A DNA stretch of 34,632 bases from Bacteroidales bacterium (GTDB taxonomy: Bacteria; Bacteroidota; Bacteroidia; Bacteroidales; CAIWKO01), in NCBI GenBank assembly GCA_035389045.1, contig DAOORA010000008.1:62001-96632 (forward strand). Reading direction: 5' to 3'. How positions within the stretch are numbered: position 1 is the first letter of the stretch; each line of letters begins with the position of its first letter. The notes beneath the pieces are model-generated. The model did not search any database, was not told where the DNA came from, and worked only from the letters and a program-made list of their open reading frames with translations. Both the position numbers and the translations under genes were made by a program. This document shows, one piece after another, positions 27,771-34,632 of the stretch.

Positions 27771-28550
27771 ATGAGTAACGATATTCAAATCATTGACCTC
27801 ACACCGGAAAACATTGCGGATTATGGTGTATGTGGATATAAAGATGTCGGGAAACACAAAGAATTGAGAAATAAAATAGCATGGTTTAATGAATATTATT
27901 CAAAAGGACTGAAAATTAAAGTGCTTTTTTCTAAAAAAGGGGGTTATCAGGGAATGCTCGAATATCTTCCCGGCAAATTTGCACACCGCCCGGTTAATGC
28001 AGATGGCTATATGTTTATACATTGTATCTTCGTTGGTTTCAGGAATGAGTATAAGGGAAAAGGTTACGCATCAGCTTTAATTGATGAATGTATCCATGAT
28101 GCCAAAACGCAAAAAATGTTGGGGGTAGCGGTAGTCACAAGAAAGGGATCTTTTATGGCCAGTGATGAAATTTTCATAAAAAAAGGTTTCGGTATTGTGG
28201 ATAAAGCCAAACCGGACTTCGGGTTATTGGCTATTAAGTTTGACAATGAATCGACATCCCCTTGTTTTAAATCGGATGTGCTTCACAACCTGAATGATTA
28301 CAAAAATGGACTGACCATATTACGTTCTGCCCAATGTCCATATACTGAGAAAAATGTAAATGCCATCATAGAATCGGCAGAAAAGACGTTTAAACTAAAA
28401 ACGAATCTGATAGACTTAAAAGATTCGGAATCGGCACAAAGAACTCCGTGTGCTTTCGGGACATTTTGCATAATTTATAAGGGGGAGATCATTAGTTATC
28501 ATCCAATTAGCAATGCACGATTTGAAAATATTATGTCAAAAATGGTTTGA
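27771..28550 (+). CDS. GNAT N-acetyltransferase with C-terminal YoaP-like domain
   Basis: GMLEYLPG..A.RPV.A.GYMFIHC, acetyl-CoA motif KGKGYA, QCPYT, C-terminal AQRTPC.F.TF.IIY.GE. Confidence 0.85.
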   Translation: MSNDIQIIDLTPENIADYGVCGYKDVGKHKELRNKIAWFNEYYSKGLKIKVLFSKKGGYQGMLEYLPGKFAHRPVNADGYMFIHCIFVGFRNEYKGKGYASALIDECIHDAKTQKMLGVAVVTRKGSFMASDEIFIKKGFGIVDKAKPDFGLLAIKFDNESTSPCFKSDVLHNLNDYKNGLTILRSAQCPYTEKNVNAIIESAEKTFKLKTNLIDLKDSESAQRTPCAFGTFCIIYKGEIISYHPISNARFENIMSKMV

Positions 28551-28958
28551 TTTGATTATGAGAATGAATATGCCGGTACAAGAAAAAACACAAACACACC
28601 ACCATAAGACATGGGTCAATCACTATGTCGAGAAATATTCGACGAAATGGAATATTAGTTAGTTTGGGCCTTTGCCTTTTTTGTTGCGTTGTGCGAAGTT
28701 TGTAATTGTGCAACAAACACTTGTAACTTCGCAAGCCATCAAAATTGCTCATTTGGATAAACAATTATTAAAATAATTGCTCATTTTGTTGTGCATTTCG
28801 CAATTTGCAAATAAGAAGTAAGGCTTTTCGTAAATAAAAAGCACCACTTTTTCAAGCATGGTCTTTTGCAGGAGGATCAAAATTTTTCCCGAATTGTAAC
28901 CGCAAAATAGAATCGTTGCAAAAAACAGCAGCAAACCAATCCCTGTTTAATGAACTTA

Positions 28959-29531
28959 TCAGTTATTGAAAGTGTATCCAATCCCGATAGCCGCCATGTG
29001 AACAAACGGATGCTTTATCAATGGTTCCGCATTTTCGAATCCAACAACCGTATAATGAGGATTATAACCTGCCCTGAAAAACAGCCCGTTCACCCGTTCG
29101 TAGCGCACACCGATCATGCCGGTTATGGCAAGATATGAAAAGTTTGTGTGCACCACCCCTTCAAATTTGGGGTATGCCTTATAAAAATAAAGGTAATCGG
29201 CGCCCAGCCCGGCCTCAAATAGCCATGCTCCGCGGCCTATCATAAAATTAAATTCAAGTGGCGCTCCCGCAGAATGTGCCTGGGGAAAGGAAAAATAATT
29301 GATGCCTGCACGCAGGCTGGCCATATAATTGCGGTTACATAGCAGAATAATATCGGCATTGACAGAGTTGATGCCCAATCCGCCGAAATTATATGATGTT
29401 TGGTGAAACAACGCTATTTTTGGGCAAAAATCACTTTTCGTGTTGCACTTACCGGCGCGGTATGAGAGGTTCTGGCCCGACAAGGCAAGGCCGGAAGCAA
29501 GTATTAGGATGGTAATAATTGATGATTTCAT
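28959..29531 (-). CDS. Hypothetical outer-membrane beta-barrel protein
   Basis: Probable start MKSSIITILILASGLALSG at 29531, alternating beta strands, C-terminal GIGYTF. Confidence 0.7.
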   Translation of the reverse strand: MKSSIITILILASGLALSGQNLSYRAGKCNTKSDFCPKIALFHQTSYNFGGLGINSVNADIILLCNRNYMASLRAGINYFSFPQAHSAGAPLEFNFMIGRGAWLFEAGLGADYLYFYKAYPKFEGVVHTNFSYLAITGMIGVRYERVNGLFFRAGYNPHYTVVGFENAEPLIKHPFVHMAAIGIGYTFNN

Positions 29532-29711
29532 GTGTAATTTTGGTTTTTCTATGCACTGCCCATCGCTGGTATGCTCCTGTGTTTTTACCGGACAGTTACA
29601 GGTCAAAAAAAATTATTGTTTCTGTAAAACGCAAAATATGATTGCTTTATTCCTTTTATTCCGAAAATATCTATAATTTTGGCAAAATTATAGGTTTTTG
29701 ATATTCCGTAT

Positions 29712-32051
29712 ATGAATTCTGTGAGATTCCGTCGTTTTTTTATTGGCATTTTATTGTTGTTCGTCGTTTTTACTGCAAATGCACAAAAAGGGTCCATCAA
29801 GGGCTTTGTCTATGATAAAGAAACCGGCGAACCGGCTCTGTTTACCAGCGTTTACTTATACAAGACCACCATAGGGGCTACTACGGATATCAATGGTTTT
29901 TTTGCCATCACCCAGATACCTCCGGGCGATTATATCCTTATGGCGACTTTTATCGGTTATGATACCGTCAGAATGCCTGTCACTGTCAATAAGGGTGATA
30001 ACATTAATAAAAAACTTTATCTGCAGCGTCAGGCGATTGAAATGGATGTTATTAATATTGTCGGGGAGGAGGTGGATAAAAAAACCGAAACCAACGTATC
30101 GAAAGATGTGGTCAATATTGAGAAAATTGAACGCATACCGGCCGTGGGCGGGCAGGCCGACCTGGCACAATACCTTCAGGTACTGCCCGGAGTGGTTTTT
30201 ACAGGAGACCAGGGCGGCCAGCTATACATCAGAGGAGGTTCTCCTGTGCAGAACAAGGTGTTGCTTGATGGCATGATCGTCTACAACCCTTTTCACTCTA
30301 TAGGGCTTTTTTCGGTCTTTGACACGGATATCCTGAAAAATGCCGATGTTTACACCGGCGGTTTTGGCGCCGAATACGGAGGGAGAATATCATCGGTGAT
30401 GGATATCACAACACGCGATGGCAACAAAAAAAGAATAAGCGGAAAGATTGATGCCAGCACCTTTGGCGCAAAATTACTCCTGGAAGGCCCTATCGTAAAA
30501 CAAAAACAGGATGATAAAGCAAACTCTTCCTTTATCTTTTCTGTAAAAAACTCTTACCTGAAACAGTCATCCAAATTGTTGTACACTTACATTGACACTG
30601 CCGGACTTCCGTTCAACTACATGGATTTGTACGGAAAAATTTCTGTCAACGCACCCAATGGCAGCAAGGTAAACTTCTACGGATACCGTTTTGCTGATAA
30701 AGCCGATTACAGGCAGATTGCCACATTCAAGTGGAATTCATACGGCGCCGGCACCAATTTCGTTGTCATTCCCGGTAAAGCATCCATGTTGATCGAAGGT
30801 GCTTTTGCCTATTCCCGCTATGGGATTTCGCTGAACAGTTCAACAGACACCTCCGCATCTACTATCAATGGGTTTAACATGGGATTAAACTTCACTTCGT
30901 TTTTTGGTAAGAGCGAACTACGTTACGGCATTGAAGTTTTAGGATTTGGTACCAATTTAGAATTTTATAATTCAGCCAACAGACTCATTTATCAGAAAGA
31001 ATCTACAACGGAGTTCGCACTGTTCCTTAAATATAAATGGGTAATAGGTAAGTTCCTTATCGAGCCCAGCATCAGGGCGCACGAATATGCTTCGTTGTCC
31101 ACGTTTTCGCCGGAGCCACGGCTTGCTGTGAAATACAATGTTACAAAGATATTACGGTTAAAACTGGCCGCGGGCATGTATTCCCAGAATCTTATCAGTT
31201 CAAGTTCCGACCGCGATGTGGTTAACCTGTTCTATGGATTTATCTCAGGCCCTGACAACCTGCAGGATGAATTCGATGGCAAATTGGTTACACATGCTCT
31301 TCAGAAAGCCGATCATGTGATTTTTGGTGTAGAAGTTGATATATTGAAAAACCTTACATTTAATGTGGAGGGGTATTATAAGTGGTTCACCCAGCTTTCC
31401 AATATCAATCGTAACAAAGTCTATGAAGATTCTCCTGATTATGCAAGCAAGCCGGATGTACTTAAAAAAGACTTTATTATCGAAAAAGGTGATGCGGAAG
31501 GAGTGGATTTTACTATTAAGTATGAGCATAAACACAAAGACAAAAACGTTAAGAAAAACAGGCAGTTGTATTTATGGGCAGTATATTCATACGGTTTTAT
31601 TCACAGATATGACGGCTATACGACCTATTTTCCGCATTACGACCGCAGGCATAACGTAAACCTGGTGGGTTCCGTAAATTTTGGTAAAAACTTTTCATGG
31701 GGCGTAAATGTCAGATGGAACCTGGGTTCAGGATTCCCCTTTGCCCAGACACAGGGTTTTTATGAACTGCTCGATTTTGCGGATGGAATAAACACGGATT
31801 ATACAACGAATAACGGAACTATGGGTATCATTTATGCCGAATATGACAGCGGACGCCTGCCTTTTTATCACCGGCTGGATGTTTCGTTTAATAAGGTATT
31901 TGAATTTGGCGAAAACATGAAACTTGACATTAATCTCGGCCTGACCAATGTTTACAACCGGAAAAATATCTTTTATTTCGACAGGATCACCTATCAGCGT
32001 ATTGACCAGCTGCCCATCATGCCAAGCCTGGGCGTAAGTTTCAAATTTTAA
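29712..32051 (+). CDS. TonB-dependent receptor with N-terminal carboxypeptidase-regulatory-like domain
   Basis: Signal peptide, G.V.D.ETGE, plug LYIRGG...QNKVLLDG, YTGGFGAEYGGR.SSV, YHRLD, NVYNRKN, terminal Phe. Confidence 0.92.
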   Translation: MNSVRFRRFFIGILLLFVVFTANAQKGSIKGFVYDKETGEPALFTSVYLYKTTIGATTDINGFFAITQIPPGDYILMATFIGYDTVRMPVTVNKGDNINKKLYLQRQAIEMDVINIVGEEVDKKTETNVSKDVVNIEKIERIPAVGGQADLAQYLQVLPGVVFTGDQGGQLYIRGGSPVQNKVLLDGMIVYNPFHSIGLFSVFDTDILKNADVYTGGFGAEYGGRISSVMDITTRDGNKKRISGKIDASTFGAKLLLEGPIVKQKQDDKANSSFIFSVKNSYLKQSSKLLYTYIDTAGLPFNYMDLYGKISVNAPNGSKVNFYGYRFADKADYRQIATFKWNSYGAGTNFVVIPGKASMLIEGAFAYSRYGISLNSSTDTSASTINGFNMGLNFTSFFGKSELRYGIEVLGFGTNLEFYNSANRLIYQKESTTEFALFLKYKWVIGKFLIEPSIRAHEYASLSTFSPEPRLAVKYNVTKILRLKLAAGMYSQNLISSSSDRDVVNLFYGFISGPDNLQDEFDGKLVTHALQKADHVIFGVEVDILKNLTFNVEGYYKWFTQLSNINRNKVYEDSPDYASKPDVLKKDFIIEKGDAEGVDFTIKYEHKHKDKNVKKNRQLYLWAVYSYGFIHRYDGYTTYFPHYDRRHNVNLVGSVNFGKNFSWGVNVRWNLGSGFPFAQTQGFYELLDFADGINTDYTTNNGTMGIIYAEYDSGRLPFYHRLDVSFNKVFEFGENMKLDINLGLTNVYNRKNIFYFDRITYQRIDQLPIMPSLGVSFKF

Positions 32052-32096
32052 TATGGGTACCTTGTTTTCAGGAATTCTCTAAACCTGTCCTTCCTT

Positions 32097-33224
32097 ATGG
32101 CCGGAATATATATTCATATCCCATTTTGTAAAAAAAAATGTCATTATTGTAATTTTTATTCTATCCCCCCGGTAAAACGGATGGACAATCTTATCGCAGC
32201 CTTGCACAAAGAGATTTCACTTCAGAAACAGTACACGGGCGAAAAAATCGAAACAATATATATCGGAGGAGGGACGCCCTCACTGCTGCCTACAAGCGAA
32301 ATAAGCCGCTTACTTGACTCTGTTGATGCAAACTTCGTCATCAGTAATGAACCTGAAATTACTCTTGAGGCCAACCCTGACGATATTAATACACAAAAAA
32401 TCCGTGAGTTGCGAACAACCAATATCAACCGCATCAGTCTTGGCGTACAGTCATTTTTTTATGAAGACCTTACCTATCTGAACCGTTTACATACTGCAGG
32501 ACAGTCTGAATATGCCATTAAAGCGCTGCAGGATGCCGGTTTAACCAATATCAGCATTGACCTGATTTTTGGCATGCCATCGCTGGGGCAGGAACACTGG
32601 AGAAAAAACCTGTTTCAGGCCACAGAAATGCAAATTCCACACATATCTGCCTATGCGATTACGGTTGAGCCCAATACCATCCTGGATGTGCTCATCCGCA
32701 AAGATAAAAAACAACCCATATCCGAAGCCGAAGGCGCAGCACAGTTTCGTTTTATTATGAATTATCTCAGAGAAAAAGAATATATACATTACGAAATATC
32801 TAATTTTTCTTTGCCTGGCTTCGAGTCAAAACATAACAGGGCTTACTGGGAAAATATTCCCTACCTCGGCATTGGCCCGTCGGCACATTCTTTTAATAAA
32901 ACGTCTCGGCAATGGAATTGTTCGGATATGGACAAATATCTCGCGTCCATTGAGGAAAATATAATCCCCTGTGAAAAAGAAACCCTTACTCAGGATCAGC
33001 ATTATAATGAATACATTATGATGTCGCTCAGGACAAACAGGGGAATATCGGTTCAAAACATTAAAAAACTTTTTGGCGGGGATTATCTGAAAAGTTTTTT
33101 CAGGATTTTTAAGCTTTACGAAAACAGCAGCTATATTAAAAGTTCAGATGATAACATTCAGCTCTCGGATGAGGGTGTGCTGATGGCAGACAGGATAATT
33201 TCGGATTTTTTTATCGTGGATTGA
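32097..33224 (+). CDS. hemW: Radical SAM heme chaperone HemW
   Basis: IYIHIPFCKKKCHYCNF, GGGTPS, EANP, RISLGVQSF, HISAY, YEISNF, HN..YW, GPSAHS. Confidence 0.92.
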   Translation: MAGIYIHIPFCKKKCHYCNFYSIPPVKRMDNLIAALHKEISLQKQYTGEKIETIYIGGGTPSLLPTSEISRLLDSVDANFVISNEPEITLEANPDDINTQKIRELRTTNINRISLGVQSFFYEDLTYLNRLHTAGQSEYAIKALQDAGLTNISIDLIFGMPSLGQEHWRKNLFQATEMQIPHISAYAITVEPNTILDVLIRKDKKQPISEAEGAAQFRFIMNYLREKEYIHYEISNFSLPGFESKHNRAYWENIPYLGIGPSAHSFNKTSRQWNCSDMDKYLASIEENIIPCEKETLTQDQHYNEYIMMSLRTNRGISVQNIKKLFGGDYLKSFFRIFKLYENSSYIKSSDDNIQLSDEGVLMADRIISDFFIVD

Positions 33225-33390
33225 TAAACTGCTTTGAACTTGAATGTTTATCAGAGTAAGGATACTCAATACCTGTCATTCCTGATGCGTACCCGCACGA
33301 ATAGACCGGTCAGTCGGGTTGAAAATCAATCTCCGTTTGGGATTAAGGACAACAATTGATTTTTTACAAGATATATGAATCGCTTGGGAT

Positions 33391-34560
33391 TTATTTTTCG
33401 GTGTTTAGTTTTTCCGTGAGTTTACTGACAGAATCAATCATAGTGCTGATAGCATTTTTCATTTCCGCCCTGCTGCCGCAAACCAGGTCAGGATTTAACC
33501 GCACACGCATAAATACCGGCTGATGGTCAGAAAACTCAAACCCGCAGTTGATCACGCCTGCCCGTTCAATGCTTACATTGGGCGAGGTGATGAAAAAATC
33601 ATATATGGTTGTCGGCGTTACCCCATGTTGATAAGCCGTGTTAACATCACGGTTGGTTGGCAGGAGCGTATCATGAACTATATGCCAGCCTTTGGGCAGA
33701 TAGTCTGCCGGGATCTTGGGCAGCCCCGTTTTTTTATTAAATCCCGGAACAAAAGAAAGTATGTTATAATCAGGGGTGTTTTGATTCCAGTCCCCGCCGG
33801 CAATCACATAATTCCCTTTTTCAAATTCGCTGAGCAGGAAGCTGCGTAACATCCATGTTTCGTATAGCCTGAGTACATCCGCATCGCCAAAAGCGGAATT
33901 ATGCAGGTTAATTACCACCAACTCCTTAGGGCTGTACGACAGTTTATAACGCTGCATTAAGAAACAACGGTCGAGCATAAAAATTTTCATAGGCCATGAA
34001 TAGTTGACAGGGTATGAATACCTTTCGCTCTTAGCCGGCGAGTAGCCGGAAAATGTCGTTATCCCCGATAATACCTGACCCATGGGGTTAAAAACGGGAA
34101 GAGGTACAAACAGTACATTGTAATTGGTTGCAAAACAACAGGAATGTCCCGGCAGTGCCTTGGAGAACAAACTGACCTGATTCGCGTAATAGCTCCGCTT
34201 TGAAAAGCTGTCAATTTCCTGTATCAAAAAAAAATCAATGCTATCATTTTTCGACAGAAAATCAAAAACCCCATTCAGATTCTTCTGAAGGGTTTCCTGG
34301 TCCGGACGAACCCGTTTGCCTCCGTCATAAAAAAAATCCATGTCTTTGTCGAGTCCGCAATATCCGATATTCCATGATACAAATGTAAGTGGAACACTGT
34401 CAACCTGTTTTATGGATATATTGTTATTAAGGGTAAGACGCCCGACTGGCGGTGGTGTATAATCCTTTCGGGTAAAAAAATACAACAAACCCGAAATACT
34501 TATAAAAATAAATAATAAAATAACTATAAAAATCCTTAGTATCCTTTTAAATATTTTCAT
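33391..34560 (-). CDS. Membrane-anchored endonuclease/exonuclease/phosphatase family protein
   Basis: N-terminal TM segment, SWNIGY, QEID, NLHNSAF, GGDWNQ, SDHQPV. Confidence 0.9.
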   Translation of the reverse strand: MKIFKRILRIFIVILLFIFISISGLLYFFTRKDYTPPPVGRLTLNNNISIKQVDSVPLTFVSWNIGYCGLDKDMDFFYDGGKRVRPDQETLQKNLNGVFDFLSKNDSIDFFLIQEIDSFSKRSYYANQVSLFSKALPGHSCCFATNYNVLFVPLPVFNPMGQVLSGITTFSGYSPAKSERYSYPVNYSWPMKIFMLDRCFLMQRYKLSYSPKELVVINLHNSAFGDADVLRLYETWMLRSFLLSEFEKGNYVIAGGDWNQNTPDYNILSFVPGFNKKTGLPKIPADYLPKGWHIVHDTLLPTNRDVNTAYQHGVTPTTIYDFFITSPNVSIERAGVINCGFEFSDHQPVFMRVRLNPDLVCGSRAEMKNAISTMIDSVSKLTEKLNTEK

Positions 34561-34632
34561 AGATGAAGTTTAATTAATAATGCGAATCAAGGGTTGAATT
34601 GAATATAAAAATGAGAGTTATTAACTGTTTGA

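Noticed and set aside
29712..33224. TonB receptor + hemW as a heme uptake system
   Set aside because: I could not identify FRAP/NPNL heme-receptor motifs or HmuY-like partners. Adjacency alone is insufficient.

Overview
Window from a Bacteroidota (probably Bacteroidales-like) genome, likely a metagenome assembly. The taxon call rests on TAnnTTTG promoter motifs, a T9SS cargo gene, a PorE-like OmpA protein and the panCD / GT5-DUF4270-glmS synteny. Most of it is housekeeping: mutS2 (5' truncated), exported thioredoxin, UbiA-like prenyltransferase, TPR and OmpA proteins, U32 protein, two paralogous lipoproteins, radA, rfaE2, flippase-like protein, panD, panC, a GT5 N-domain protein, DUF4270, glmS, Nif3, a C4 zinc-ribbon protein with a long basic N-terminal extension, aspS, tadA, a TonB-dependent receptor, hemW and an EEP protein. 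The interesting part is an AT-rich accessory block at about 23450-28740. It starts with a solo Y1 HUH transposase (TnpA/RAYT-like) bracketed by ~65-bp inverted arms, each holding two covarying mini-hairpins. Next comes a 4.4-kb segment bounded by identical 17-bp direct repeats. That segment contains a signal-peptide::AraC chimeric remnant, alkD, a frameshifted DUF3795 gene, an attC-like hairpin, a T9SS cargo gene and a YoaP-type GNAT. It looks like a decaying, integrase-less cassette array. There is a 100-N scaffold gap at 20781-20880. No CRISPR array, rRNA or tRNA was seen.
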